Shown piece by piece: positions 36,359 through 49,920 of a DNA stretch of 64,000 nt. The stretch's first letter is position 1; every line of letters starts with the position of its first letter. Position numbers and translations under genes: made by a program. The notes beneath the pieces were generated by a model. The model saw only the letters and a program-made list of their open reading frames with translations. It had not been told where the DNA came from and did no database searches. Location: the NCBI RefSeq assembly GCF_018350175.1, contig NC_058368.1:200076001-200140000 (forward strand), in the 5' to 3' direction. The stretch comes from Felis catus. Taxonomy: Eukaryota.

Positions 36359-36570
36359 CAGGGGTCCATCAACTCTTTTGGCAAACAGCCAGATGGTAAA
36401 CATATTGGGGTTTGTTGCCCATATAGTCTCTAAACTGATTTTGACCGTTGCAGTGTGAAAATAGGCATATAGATCATGTACATGAATACAGATGTGTTCT
36501 AATAAAGCTTCATTAATAAAAATAGGCTGTGGGCTTAATTTGGCCTGTAGGCTATCATTTGCTAACCCTA
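36359..36570. mobile_element. MER58A-like hAT-Charlie MITE
   Basis: caggggt...gccagatggtaaacatatt...tgtgttctaataaagcttcatt...atttggcctgtaggctatcatttgctaacccta. Confidence 0.75.
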
Positions 36571-36850
36571 GGTCTAGAAGTGAGCATCAGAATTCCTTCT
36601 GATGCTCTATTGATATTAAAGGTGAAATATATGGGAAAAAAAGGTGTCTCCAAGTTTTTCTGTAGCACTGTTGACAAGTTAAGTATTACTAGAATACACT
36701 ATGCAAGAGAAGGGCTGCTCTTGAAATCAAACACATGAGTGTGTTAGGCTTTATTTTCCCTGTAAACATAAACAACATGGCCCAATCCACAGGCAAGCTA
36801 AAAACATAGTGTGCTAGGGATTGCTTTAAATCTTTTCCATGTGCATTCTT

Positions 36851-37059
36851 TTTTCAATGTTTATTTTTATTTTTGGGACAGAGACAGACAGAGCATGAAC
36901 GGGGGAGGGGCAGAGAGAGAGGGAGACACAGAATCGGAAACAGGCTCCAGGCTCTGAGCCATCAGCCCAGAGCCCGACGCGGGGCTCGAACTCACGGACC
37001 GCGAGATCGTGACCTGGTTGAAGTCGGACCCTTAACCGACTGCGCCACCCAGGCTCCCC
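36851..37059 (-). mobile_element. CanSINE, youngest Felis-type SINEC_Fc
   Basis: About 13 intact CpGs, variants typical of young copies (gactgcgccaccc, agccatcagccc, gatcgtgacctgg) and a perfect TSD catgtgcattctt. Confidence 0.97.
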
Positions 37060-37569
37060 CATGTGCATTCTTATCATAAAATAATGTATCCTCTAACTTA
37101 GTGAACCACTGCATCTGTCAACCTATTATTGGAAAGATTTGATGCAATTGCTTACATGTCTTTCAGCATTCAACAGTTGTCTATCAGTCAACAACCTAAG
37201 TCAGAATGGAGAACAGAACAAAAAGAATGGTAATGCTTGTCGGACTACAGCTGTATGAAATTCTTATATAATTCACAGTGATTCTGTTATCAATAATGTA
37301 TGTGGTAAAAATATTTGTCTCCATGAAAAAAAAAAGCTATACATCGTAAGTCTTGACAAACACCAGGTCATTTTGTGATAGATGTTTTTTCTTTGTTTGT
37401 CAGACTTGTATATAGTTTATGAAGTTCAATATGCCTGAAAAGTGATATTTGGCACATAATGTTCATGTAGTCTCTACTAATCCTACATACATGACAGGTG
37501 TTCTGTACCTTCCCTACTTTTCTCCTTTCTATTGCTCCTACTTTAGAAGAACAAGAGCATACTGATCTT

Positions 37570-37801
37570 TATTTTTAATTTTTTTTTTTAAATTTCTTTA
37601 TTTTTGACAGAGACAGAGTGCGGGGCATGAGCTGGGGAGGGGCAGAGAGAGAGAGGAAGACACAAAATCCAAAGCAGGCTCCAGGCTCCAGGCTCCGAGC
37701 TGTCAGCACGGAGCCTGACACGGAGCTCAAACTCACGAACTGTGAGATCATGACCTGGGCCGAAGTCAGACGCTTAACCGACTGAGCCACCCAGGAGCCC
37801 C
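37570..37801 (-). mobile_element. CanSINE (SINEC_Fc)
   Basis: TSD aagagcatactgatctt / aagagtatactgatctt. Carries an extra internal caggctc copy. Confidence 0.97.
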
Positions 37802-38517
37802 AAGAGTATACTGATCTTACTAGTAGAAAACACCTTTAGAGTTTCTGACCTCCCTTACAAAATGGAACACTTAAAATTGTGGCAATATTTAAATCCAGCA
37901 CCTGCTGAGTTGTTTTAGGCTCTGGGCATGTTAACCATCACAACAGTCAGGGCTGTGTATAAAAGGCAAAGCCTGCTTTATGGTTGTACACTTGGGTATG
38001 AAGCCAGTGTCAGAGAGGGAGGTGGGATGGAATTCTGCAGTTTGTATTACACCCATCACATCATGTGCCCTAGGATGCAAATGCCTTTTCTTATAGGAAG
38101 AGCATCCTTTTCTCAATGTGTCATTCCTGGTGGAGGTACCTTTTCCATTACATTCCTCCAGAGGGGGAGATACATGCTAGCAGTGATCTTGGTTAGAATT
38201 CCTGTACCTTATTATCCTCTTGCTAAGTTGTTGCTGTGCCTTTATGATTTCCAATGGTAAAACTTGGTTCTACTCTTCCATAGCTTCCTTTCATTAGAAA
38301 CTTTATGATTTTCTATTTTTTTTTTAAGAGCAAAGACTAAGGTTTGTGTTTTTGACTTGCTATTTTTAATGGATTCAAAGAAACCTGCTATTAACCAGGT
38401 AGGAACAGGGATTAGTATATTGAGTTGTATGTTCTGTATCCAACTTGGGTCCTTGGGCTTTTTCATTGATATGATAATTATGTGATCATTTTGAGTAAGA
38501 CTTAGATTAAACCTTTT

Positions 38518-38737
38518 ATTTATTTATTTAAAAAAAATTTTAACGTTTATTCATTTTTTGATAGAGACAGAGCGTGAGTGGGAGGGGCAGAGAGAGAGGG
38601 AGACACAGAATCCGAAGCAGGCTCCAGGCTCTGAACTGACATCATAGAGCCTGATGCAGGGCTCGAACGCACAGGCCGTGAGATAATGACCTGAGCCGAA
38701 GTCGGACGCCCAACCGACTGAGCCACCCAGGTGCCCC
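38518..38737 (-). mobile_element. CanSINE (SINEC_Fc)
   Basis: Perfect TSD tagattaaacctttt. Confidence 0.97.
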
Positions 38738-39120
38738 TAGATTAAACCTTTTAAATATATGGGAACCTCTTGCTTTTTTATTGAATCTAGCTTATAGGTC
38801 AGGAAATAGCTTTCTGGGATACATTCCTCATAGCTCTTACAACATTTAGAGACTACAACTATGAAGACTATCAGGCTTTTGAAAAAGCTTCAGGTTCATT
38901 TGCTTTCGAGAAAGACCTCCAAACTGTGCTGACCTCTAAAAACATGCAACATGATGCTGAAAATAACACAAGAAAGGGAATCCTCAGGAGGTTTCTGATA
39001 CTTCCTGCCCTCATCAGGCCATAAATAACATAAAAGAGTCATGCCTTTGGTATTTGAGCACTTCCATATTCAGTCTTAAAGATAACTAACACAAAGTGCA
39101 GAGGTGTGAGAAAAATATAA

Positions 39121-39287
39121 AATTTCCATAATGAGAATGAGCTGGAGTTATTATTTGAGATTTGTGGAAACTTTGGACTTTGCCATTAATACTCAAATTT
39201 TACATAATTTCCATGAGAATGAGCTTGAGTTATTATTTGAGATTTGTGTAAACTCTGGACTTTGCCATTAATACTCAAATTTTACAT
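39121..39287. repeat. Tandem duplication (85-bp + 82-bp copies)
   Basis: aatttcca(taa)tgagaatgagc...ctcaaattttacat occurs twice; the copies differ by 3 substitutions and one 3-nt indel. Confidence 0.95.
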
Positions 39288-42200
39288 GTGATTCCACTGA
39301 TGGCTTCTCCTCTAGATTTAGTTATTTGCTCTGTCATCTGAATAAGTGGAAATTTAAATAATTTAATAGAAACTAAGAAATTCACATGTATAGAGACTTT
39401 AAGTTTCTCTAGGGCTTGTCTATTTCAAAAATATATGGCATTATTTACAAGGACGTTTAACAAGTGGTGTTTTAGCAAAAGGATGTTCTCAGTAGTTTCC
39501 TTAAGAAATACTCAGCTAGATGCACCTATATATCCCTAATGATGCAAAACCAAATCCCAGTGCTATTACAGGTCTAAGAAAATGAAGGGAACAAAGAAAA
39601 AAATGTTGAAATTTATTGGTTGATTTAAGTTGACTGATTTCTGGTTCTGATAAAATTTTAACATTAGTCCCAGTTTTTGAGACTGAGAATGAGTAACAGT
39701 TCTTTGTCCCTTAATAAGCATTGTGCCTAAAGCTGGGTTCTAATATGAGTCCATAATTAGAGGCTGACATGATCCAACAGATACTCTTTGTGAAGAAGAA
39801 ATATCTGTTGAATTCATGTCAAAAATGTTTGCCTGTGTGTGTTTGTGTGTGTGTGTGTGTGCATGGTTTAGTGTGTATTTCTGACCTTGTACAAAAGATA
39901 TTGACATCTTTGCAAAGTAAAGGATACAGTAAGCCTCTTTCACTGATAGCACCCCAGTCCTTTTCCTTATCCAGGATTCTCTCCTTCCTCTTAAGCTTCT
40001 ACTTAAAGTTGAAAGTCCTACTCAAGGATACCTATTATAATTTTGCCCAAAGCATCTGCCAATAAAACTTTATATCACTGATATTAGGGACATAACTGTA
40101 GAAAGCCTTTTCATGGATAGCTTAGTGGTGAGTTTGGTGTTTTGAACCAGAAGATGAAGAGTCAGGAGAACTGCCTGGTTCCCTACTAATCAGACTACAG
40201 ATGATCTTGAGGTGGGAGCTGTTTTTGAGTCAAAGAATTAAATACTTGTTTGCCTTCCAAAATTGCTTCTGTGGATTTTTAGATATATTCCCTAATATTT
40301 TATAAAAGAAAATCAGCCAAAATATTCTTAAAAATAGTTACTGGATTCTTTGTCTATGTAAGTTATAATAGGTGGTGTTCATGTGGGAAAGAGAGACTCT
40401 TTATTCCCAGCCCACAGTTATAGAGACAGACAGAATGGAACCAATTTGTAAGCTCCGGATGAAAGCAAATATCCATTCAGGAGAGGAAATCAGAAAATAT
40501 GTCATATCTGATACCAGTTCTGAGATGTCTTCTTATTTTTTAAATTTATTTTTATTTTTTGTATTTTTAAGTGAAGCAAACAGTTTAGTGGTAGCTTACT
40601 TCAGAATAGTTTCCAGACATTGTTTGTTTCCTCTGACTCACTTAATTTCACTCTGCATTTTATTATCACTCAACCTATATTCTGGTCCAATATCTATCAT
40701 TACTAACCTTGCTTTTCCAGAACTAAACTGTTCCGTATGATGTATCACGTACATTGTGAATGCCTTGAATGATAGTTGCCAAGGCCTTTCGAAATAGAGT
40801 ATTAACCTATAATTACATAAGATCAAACAGTTAAGATGGGAACAGGCCTCCTAAGATATTCAAAATTATCATTGATGCAATCTTTTGATGATCAGTAGTT
40901 AAAAAAATAGCCCAAACCTCAGCCCACTCCAAATGTCAAGTAATAATTATGGCAGAACACAAGCACCTGAATTCTGGGCACAAAGGGAGAAACGGTATTG
41001 CCGATAACATTGAAATGGCTTTCAGTCCTTTAGCTGTCAATCCTGTAGTATGTAATCAGTGTGTGCTCAGGTTCTGAAGCAATTACAACTTCCCTGAAAA
41101 ATGTGGCACCCTAACATCCATTAAGATGAAGGAATAACAAGTAAAAATGAAAATGATAGTATAAATTATATTTATTTATAAGGAATTATATTTATTTATA
41201 AGGGTACGTTTTTGTATATGACTAAATTCACATGGAGGGTTTTTGTTTTTAACTCTCTTCCCCAGTATGTTTTCCTAAACTTGCTTGGAAAATATAACCT
41301 ATGGTAATAATTTTAAAAGTTTAACCACTGTAGCCTCTTACTTCACAGTCTTTTTCAGGGAGGTTGTGGGTCCACCCTGGACACACCCTTTCTTTCAGAC
41401 TTCCATCCTGATCTTCTCCTTGAAGGACTTTGTAATCCATTGGCCAGGAATAGGAAAGGAGTTTCCTGCTATCTTTATTCATATGCCACGTTGATCACTT
41501 TGGTGCTATAAATCCCTCACATTAGGTAATCAGGAACATATAGAATGATAATTTAGAATAAAATAAATTGCCTCCATTTGAGTCTTTAGGTTAAGGTTAT
41601 AGGAAGATATTGTTAAAATACACATATCTTGCCAGAGATAGATAAGCCAGAGACATATTTTGACCCACTGTGAAGATGGTTTAGATAATTTTCTGATTAT
41701 TATCATGAAAAACAGAAAGGGGGATCCACAGAGACTTGAAAAAAATTCACATTTTGTCAAGAGATGGGAAAAGGAAGGGAGAAAAAAAAGCCACATCATT
41801 GAAAGAGACTTTTGGGGTTTATCTGAGAGAGATCTGGAGGCCCTAGACATCCCGAGGATAATCTGAAGAGTTGGGGGAGGAGAGGAGTGCTGAGTTCAGC
41901 TTACCTAACTATGGGATTTTGTGTAGAGCTAGCAGAGCCTAAGGACAGGAAACTCTCTATGCAGTTAGCAACTCTAGATGTGTTAATGGAAAGAACTTGG
42001 TTTATTACTATGTAAGTAACAACAAAATGCCTTCTATTATCTAAGTTTATCTAGGTAGATATCTATATAGATCTACTATAAATGCAAATTTATAAGGTGG
42101 TCTCAAAATACTCTCAGTTGAGTCTAGCAATGACTCTGGAAGGTGTTATTATACCTCTTATTGGGGGACAGAATGGGGAATAAAGAAAATTTAGCTATTC

Positions 42201-42379
42201 AAGTTTTTATAGCTAAGGAAAAATAAGACTTCTTAATTTAAAATGTTCTTATACATTAAATGTTTGCTACTTGATGAAAGTAGTAGAAAAGAAGAAAAAA
42301 ATAAAGAATTTCACCGTGGAAAGGAAATTACTATTAACATGTTAGTTGTTTCCTTCCAACCCTTAAAAAAATTTTTTTA

Positions 42380-42596
42380 GGAGCACCTGGGTGGCTCAGT
42401 CGGTTAAGTGTTTGATTTCGGCTCAGGTCATGATCTCGAGGTTCGTGAGTTCAAGCCCTACATCGGGCTCTGTGCTGACAGTTTGGAGACTGGAGCTTGC
42501 TTCAAATTCTGTGTCCCCTCTCTCTCTCTGCCCCTCCCCCACTCATGTGTGCGTGCTTGCATGCACTCTCTCTCTCTCTCTCAAGAATAAACATTA
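42380..42596 (+). mobile_element. CanSINE (SINEC_Fc-type)
   Basis: ggagcacctgggtggctcagtcggttaag head, (CT)n tract and aataaacatt tail. Confidence 0.95.
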
Positions 42597-42711
42597 AACA
42601 TTTTTTTGGTCTTGCATGCCCATGTATTATTATAATTTGTCATTTTCCCCATCTAACTACAAATTCTTCTACATAATTTTTTTGTTTTAATTCCCTCCTG
42701 TTTGCCCCACT

Positions 42712-43428
42712 AGTAAGGGAAAGATTCCCACCCTAGGGTTATGGGGATGGATAACACACAATTCTCAATACTGAACAAATGAGAATGACAGTGTTTCTTT
42801 TAATTTTTTAATTTTAATTTTTTTTAATCTTAGAGAGAGAGAGTGCAAGCAGGGAGAGGGGCAGAGGGAGAGACAGAGAGAGAGAGAGAGAGAGAATCTT
42901 AAGAAGGTTCGATGCTCATCGAGGAGCCCAATTTGGGGCTAGATACTTCGACCCTGGGATCATGACCTGAGCTGAAATCAAGAGTAGGAAGCTCAACAGA
43001 CTGAACTACACAAAAGTCCCGAGATGGACAGTGTTTCTTAGTCACTTAAACTCACAGCCTGATGGAGGAGGACAGTGCATCACACAAGGCCATATAAGGG
43101 ATTCAGTCAAGAATAGAATGAACAACAGGAGGTATGGAAGATTGGCTTTGTAGTATTAAGGCAGGGTTCCTTTTGGTTTCTGAGGACGATGTGGCTGGCT
43201 TGTTTGAGTAATGCTGCGGGCTGGCAGGGACCTAACTGAAACCCACTGCTCAGGGCTAAGCAGGAACTACACCTGGTCCCCTTGGTGAAGAAGACTGTTT
43301 GGCTAGGACACCTTATGTGTGGGAGCAGAACAGGAAGGGGAACTTGTTGTTAGGCCATTTGAGGCCCTCCTGGTTTCACCAGATGTCAAGGCAGTACATA
43401 ATATTGGGCTTTAATTTTAGGCCTTACA
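42712..43428 (-). mobile_element. ERVL-class solo LTR (MER73/MER74-like), split by a CanSINE
   Basis: The minus strand starts TGTAAGGCCTAAAATTAAAGCCCAATATTATGTACTGCCTTGACATCTGGTGAAA. Flanks ccact / ccaca form a 5-bp TSD-like pair. Confidence 0.65.
42800..43020 (-). mobile_element. CanSINE (older subtype)
   Basis: TSD gagaatgacagtgtttctt / gagatggacagtgtttctt. Confidence 0.93.
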
Positions 43429-43764
43429 CCACATTTTAGGACAACACAATATTCTATAATATTGGTTGAATTTTTAGAGATATTTGCAATGTAAATAATA
43501 CCTCAATGGCTAGCTTCGTGCAAAAAGCTTAGTTTTAATATTACCTGATATTTTAATAGTTAAAAATAGGGCCCTAAGAGAAAAATACTAAGTCAAAGGA
43601 TATGAATAGTTTGGTTATACTTGATACTTACTCCCAAATTTCTTTGAAACAAAACATTTGACTCTAACTTTAAAACTTTCTACTCTACCACATTGCTTCT
43701 GCCAATGATTGTGACAATGAAAAAATCTAAAAGAATTATCTTATTATTAAATCACTGTCCATGA

Positions 43765-43990
43765 GGGCTGCCTGGGTGGCTCAGTCGGTTAGGTGTCCGA
43801 CTTTGGCTCGGGTCATGATCTCATGGCTCATGGGTTGGAGTCCTGCATTGGGCTCGGTGTTGACAGGTCAGAGCCTGGAGCCTACTTCAGATTCTGTGTT
43901 TCCTTCTCTCTCGGCCCTGCCCCCCTCTTCTGCTCTGTCTCTCTGTCAAAAAAAATATATATAAATATTAAAACAATAAAATTAAAAAAA
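43765..43990 (+). mobile_element. CanSINE (SINEC_Fc-type)
   Basis: TSD atcactgtccatga / atcgctgtccatga. Confidence 0.95.
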
Positions 43991-45583
43991 TATCGCTGTC
44001 CATGAAATTTATGTAACAGCTTAGTTTGTCATCTTCCTGGAATGTAGGTGCCTTGATCTACCAGGTTTGGGTTTGCAGAGTGAAAACTAAGGCCAATTCT
44101 GTTCAACAATAAAAAACATTTTAGTGAAGGACTAATGTAATTCTTAAAAGAAATCAAAAGTTGTAGTCAAATCTCAACTATGAATATTAGCCAAAGCTCT
44201 TTTAAAAAAAAGATTCTTACTTATCTAGAACTAATCTCTTCACTAATATTAATGACCAATAGTTTTTATTTTAATTTGTGTCCTGTTGGAATTGTACATA
44301 TTGAATTTTGAAAGAGAAGAACAAATATGGTCTCAAACTCCCAAGCGTGCAAAGGCATACTATATCTTAACATACATTTGAATATTAGTTTAGAAATATT
44401 GTGTACACAAAATACAATTTAGGGCTTAGTTTCACAAATCATAATAAAAATCTATTAAAATCACTTTAAAAATATTAGTAAAATCATGAGTCAGCTTAGT
44501 AGAAATGAAATGAAGATTGAAAATACATAAAATGGCATTACTGTAATGAGAAAGCTGAGTTAAATTTTTGTGACTGTACAAAAAACATTTGTTTATATTT
44601 AGCTTAATTATTTAAATATGTAGAGTCTATGAGAAAAGGAAGTACATACATTAAAAATAGTACTTAGGCTAATCCCAATGGAACAGAGGAATATGTACAT
44701 GGTTATATTTCAATAGTAATCATCATGGCCATATAATGTTTCCCATTCATTTCTTTAATGCTAAGTTAATTCAAATTTATACTTATAAATTACAGTACAT
44801 TTGCTGAAAAGCCTGAACTGTAGAAAATTTAAATTAAATGCAGATTTATTACTTTAAAATAATGAATTTACATATCACTGGACTTTTAGTAACTTTGATC
44901 CTTGAGATAAATTAAACACACATGCACACACCCACACAAACACACATAAATAAATAAAGGGACACACAGTGACAAACTTAAAAGTTACAAAGTTCACACT
45001 CTTCCCAGGGATGAAACTTCAAGTCCTTAGGCCACATTCAATTAATTCAGAATTGGATATTAAGAGGAGATTTTGCAATTTAATATACTAGATTATCCAA
45101 TAAAGAACACAGTAAAGCAGTACAATAGAAGATCTGTTATCAGGAATATCTGGAATTATGCTTTTCTGGGTTTGTTTTACTTTTAGTATGGAGATGTTAA
45201 ATCTGGGTCTCTTAATACTACAGAAAAAAGTTTTGCACACTTTATATTCCTCACTAATAGAGTATAAAACTTGATCTTCCAAATGATGACCTTGCATTAT
45301 AAAGAAAATATTTTAAAATTATTTTAAAAATATTCTGTCTATAAGAGGGAGACTTGTGAACATGCTCTGGAAAATCTGGAAAATTTGTATGTATTAAATA
45401 ATTTATTACCATATGATGTTTGAAAAATGGCTTTTCTGTATTGTACATATTTTAAATATATATGTAATATGGATTTCAGTATAATTATTTAATAAATACA
45501 ATATTTTATAATATATGCTATAAATATCAAAAGCCCATGTTAGGATATTCATTTCATATTATATATTAAATGAGAATCATGCA

Positions 45584-45960
45584 TGCTATGGTTTGAATTG
45601 TGTTTCTCCCAAATTCTTATGTTGAATTCCTAATGCCCCATGTGGCAATATTTGGTTACAGGGCCTTTACAGAAGTAATGAATGTTAAATGGGTTCATAA
45701 GGATGGGGCCCTTATCCAACATGTCCCTGTAAGAAGAGACACCAGAGAGCGCTCTCCCTTGCTCTCTCTCTCTCCTTCTCTGCCACATGAGGATATAGCA
45801 AGAGTGAGTGTCTGCAAAGCCAAGAAGAGAGATTTCACCTAAACCTCATCATGCTGGCATACTGATCTTGGACTTACAGTCTCAGAACTGTGAGAAAATA
45901 CATTTTTGTTTAAACCACACAGTCAATGGTATTTTATTACAGCAGCACAAGCTATGAAAA
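45584..45960 (+). mobile_element. MaLR solo LTR (MLT1B-like)
   Basis: tgctatggtttgaattgtgt...tatgttgaattcctaa...agaactgtgagaaaatacatttttgtttaaaccacacagtcaatggtattt. Confidence 0.85.
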
Positions 45961-46721
45961 TGTATATTGATTAGAAGTATGATAAGTTTTGAATTCAATG
46001 GTTTCAGACTAATTATTCTTTTAATCATTATAAATGACACATAAGAGTTTTCATAGACTTTTATAAATGGGATTTGTCCCACTTATGTCTTCCTGAAGCT
46101 TTGTGATAATACCTCACTCCCAAGAAAGAAGCAGTTTACAGAAATTTTGTTTATTGGCTGACTCCTTCACGGGCTAAGTTATAGCTACAGGGCAGTGATC
46201 ATTATAGAATATATCTGAACATATTACTCAAACTTATTGGACCTTGCCTAAATATCAGTACAGTTGAATGGTTCCATAACAAGTGTTTATATAATCCTAT
46301 CCTTGCCATCGTACCTACAGTCATAGTTCCCCATATATATATGAAACCACAGAGTTCTCAGCTAGAAGCTGCTGCCCAGCCTATTTGTTAATTATAATGT
46401 CAAAATGTAAGTGCAAGAGTATAGAAAGCACAAGACATACACAGCTACAATGATGGGCCTTGTCTACTTTTGGAATGTACAGTTCACAATTTTAGCAGAA
46501 TCTGAAGATGTTTCACTATTGCCACTTCTGCGGTCAAAGTGTGATTTTTAAAATGGACCTCTTTTAAGGAAAAGACATTGTGACAAGCTGTAGAGCCCTC
46601 TGGGCCAGAAATTGGGAGACTTTAGTTCTTATTTATGCTGTATTAAAAATGAGTTCTGTGTACTTAGGTAAGGTATTTTAGCTCGTTTAGGCTTTAGTGT
46701 CCACACTTAAACACATTGAAC

Positions 46722-46930
46722 AGGGTGCCTGGGTGGCTCAGTCAGTTAAAGTGTCCAACTTTGGCTCGGGTCATGATCTCACAGTTCGTGAGTTTAAGCC
46801 CCATGTCGGGCTCTGTGCTGACAGCTCAGAGCCTGGAGCCTGCTTCAGATTCTGTGTCTCCTTCTCCCTCTGCCCCTCCCAGCTTGTGTTCTCTCTCTCT
46901 CAAAAATAAGTAAATAAGCATTAAAAAAAT
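46722..46930 (+). mobile_element. CanSINE (SINEC_Fc-type)
   Basis: TSD aaacacattgaac / aaacatattgaac. Confidence 0.95.
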
Positions 46931-47623
46931 AAACATATTGAACTAGATCAGAAATTTTCAAACAAGTCTCCACAGGGATGGGTAGGATGGGGTGACTTAG
47001 AGAGTGGGACTCTGTTGTCTCCCACCCCATTCTTCCACCTGGAAACTTTATTTTTATCTTGTAAGAAGTATTTTAAAGCAAGGACTCTCTTGTTTCGTTG
47101 ATTAAAGTTTTAAATGACTGAGCTTGATGACCTCAGATGTCTCTTTTTTAATTTGTAAGCAACTCTATGATTCTGTAGTAAGATCACAACTTAACTGATT
47201 AGACACTGACCTTCTCATAAATGTCCATTTTGCCTGAGATATTGTTGAAATTTAATAAGTTGCTGCTTATTTTTGCATATTCTATTGTGTATCCAGCTCT
47301 GTGCTTGACAGCCTCGTATTTGGGTGGGAGGAAGTGGCATTTTCCCCCCTACTTTCAACTATGTAAATGCTATGATTTCCTAACTGGAGATTTTTCCTTG
47401 AACACCTTGGAATTTCTTATTCAGAGACCTTTTATTGCTGCTCTCTATCACCCACAATTTTGGTGCACATGGATATAAATAATATGTTTAGCAAGAAGGA
47501 TGTCTTAGGAGTAGCACTTTTTATAAAACCTCTGGAAAGAACTAGTAATCTTGGGAAATTAATCTCTGGATTTTAGAAATTATAGTTTATCAATATTATC
47601 TGGACTTTTCCAAGAGTAATGTA

Positions 47624-47828
47624 TTTATTTATTTTTAAAAGTTTTATTTATCTATTTTGAGAGAAAGAGAGAGAGACTACAAGCAGGGGAGGGGCAGAAA
47701 GAGCAGGAGGGAGAGAGAATCCCAAGCAGTCTCTGCACTGTCAACACAGAGCCTGATGTGGGGCTTGAACTCAGGAACTGCAAGCTCATGACCTGAGCCA
47801 AAACTGACTGAGCCACCCAGGTGCCTCC
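47624..47828 (-). mobile_element. CanSINE (older feliform subtype)
   Basis: Antisense SINE. TSD aagagtaat. Confidence 0.93.
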
Positions 47829-47871
47829 AAAGAGTAATTTAAATTGCCCACTAGTGAAGAAATATATTCTT

Positions 47872-47872
47872 T

Positions 47873-47917
<45 letters not shown>

Positions 47918-48076
47918 TATATCTATTTAAGAGACGGGTGGAGGGGCAGAGAGAGACTCCCAAACAGGATCTGTGCTTGATTTCTGATGTGGGGCTTGAT
48001 TTCATGAATGTGAGATTACAACTTGAGTGGGAATCTAAACTCAGATGATTAACCCACTGAGCCACCTAGTCACCAC
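47872..48076 (-). mobile_element. Degenerate CanSINE with (AAC)14 in its tail
   Basis: TSD aagaaatatattctt / aagaaatacaatctt encloses both the microsatellite (47875-47916) and the SINE body. Confidence 0.88.
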
Positions 48077-49689
48077 AAGAAATACAATCTTTAAGAGTTT
48101 AAAGAACTCTTTTAAGAGTTTAAAGAACATTGACAGAACTGCTTCCTGTTGGAAAAGCTCATAGCTACCAATGACAATAGGCATTACCTTGAAGAGAGTC
48201 TTCTTTTAAGTTCCCGTCCTCCCCTCCATATATATTTGTGTGTATGTTATAGGAAGATAGATAGATAGATAGACAGACAAGATGTACATGTTTCAGTCCT
48301 CTAAAGGAAAAGACCAAAAAGCATGGAGCAAAATTCAGATTTTTGAATTTTTAAGTGATAGGATGGGTAAGCCAGAAAGATTTTTTTTAAAAATAATCAT
48401 CTACAAGATGCTAACTCACAGCTTATGATGAAAAGCTGATTTAGCAGAAACACCAATGGATAAGAGGCACAGACATAGTCAGAGAAAGGTTGCAAACTAC
48501 GTTCAAACACTGAGAAAACAGGAAAAGATGGTTAAATTGGAAATGAGAATGTGGATGTGCCAGATGGCATTAGGCAGGCTGATGATGTGGCTTTCTTTAA
48601 AATAGCGAATATAAACTCATTGCTATCTGTCTCCCACATCTTCCAAATCCATGTTTTGCATAGTGAGTGGTTGGGTTGGCAAAAAGAGGAGGACAACAGG
48701 ATTAAGTCAAACTTCCCAAATAGGACTCTGTCTGCCCTATGCATTGAAAGAAGGCCATGTGTTATGGGATTTTCCAGCTATTCTTAGGCTAGAATTGTGG
48801 GCAAAATAAGAAATGAAAAGAGGCAGATCTGGTGCATAAAATGGGGCCAGGATTGTGATATTTGGAAACCTCTAAGAGGGACACAGTGAATCACTGCTTT
48901 CAGTAGATTCCACTGATAAAAGTGAAAGGAAAGTCCTTAGAACAGGGAATAAGTAGTGCTCATTTATTTTAAAAAAGAAAGCCAGTAGAGGTTAGGTGCA
49001 AAGAATGATACTAACCAGCACTGAGAAAAGAGATTAAGGAAAGTGAGATAAAAAGGGAACTTGCAAATCTTCCAGAACATTTTGACTCACCAAGCAGTCA
49101 AAAATTTAGGTTTCTTAATATGTTCTGTCTAGTTATCTTTACTGAGTTTATTTTATTGCAGCTTTTTGCTGGTTATTACATCTACCTCAGCAAATGAAGG
49201 ATGAGAAGTGTTCTACATGAAATATTCATTGGGTTTATAGCCTTAATCTTAAAAGTAAAAGCTAAAGTAAAAAGCTGGAATAAAGAGTTTTAGTGTCCAT
49301 TTTATGTATTTGAAAGCATGGTGAGAGGATAAAGTGAGATTCAGCACAGGGAGGAAAAAGCTAACAGGAAGGAAGTATATGGAAAGATCTTGAGAGCAAA
49401 GACCACTTTTAAAGTGGAAGTCTCGGGATATGAGGAGAAAAAAAAGAAAGAGACAAAAGAATTTGAAGAATTGAAAACTGTTAGAACGAAGCCAAGATGT
49501 GACTTCAGCGGGCCAGTGTGGGAAATTGCTGCTAAAGGAAATGGAGAGAGAGTTTCAAAGATTTTTGTCTGAATGGGGGAGAATAGCCCCTGGGCTTTAT
49601 CACAGGGCATGACAGTTAGAAAAATCTAGCAAAGAAGGCCTCAACAAGGGTCAGAATTTATTTTAATTAGCAAGATAATTACAGTGGAG

Positions 49690-49920
49690 TAGAAGATGCC
49701 ATTCATTGATTACCAACTCAGCACCAGGCACTTTACTCAAGTATATACAGTTCAGCTCTCACAAACAACTTTCACAAAAATCATTATCCCTATTTTACAA
49801 AAAGGGAAAGCAAGACTACAGAGACTCCCCCAAGGTCATAATATGGAGAAGAACTGAGATGTAAGGCAAGATGTATCTCCTCTTTAGAGCCCAGGCCTTT
49901 TCCCAATATTATGCTGCTTC
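49690..49920 (-). mobile_element. MIR
   Basis: accaggcacttt, tcattatccctattttaca and cccaaggtcat are antisense MIR motifs. Confidence 0.55.

Noticed and set aside
37955..38085. TATAAAAG and ATGCAAAT as a promoter
   Set aside because: Isolated short motifs, no CpG island and no credible downstream exon.
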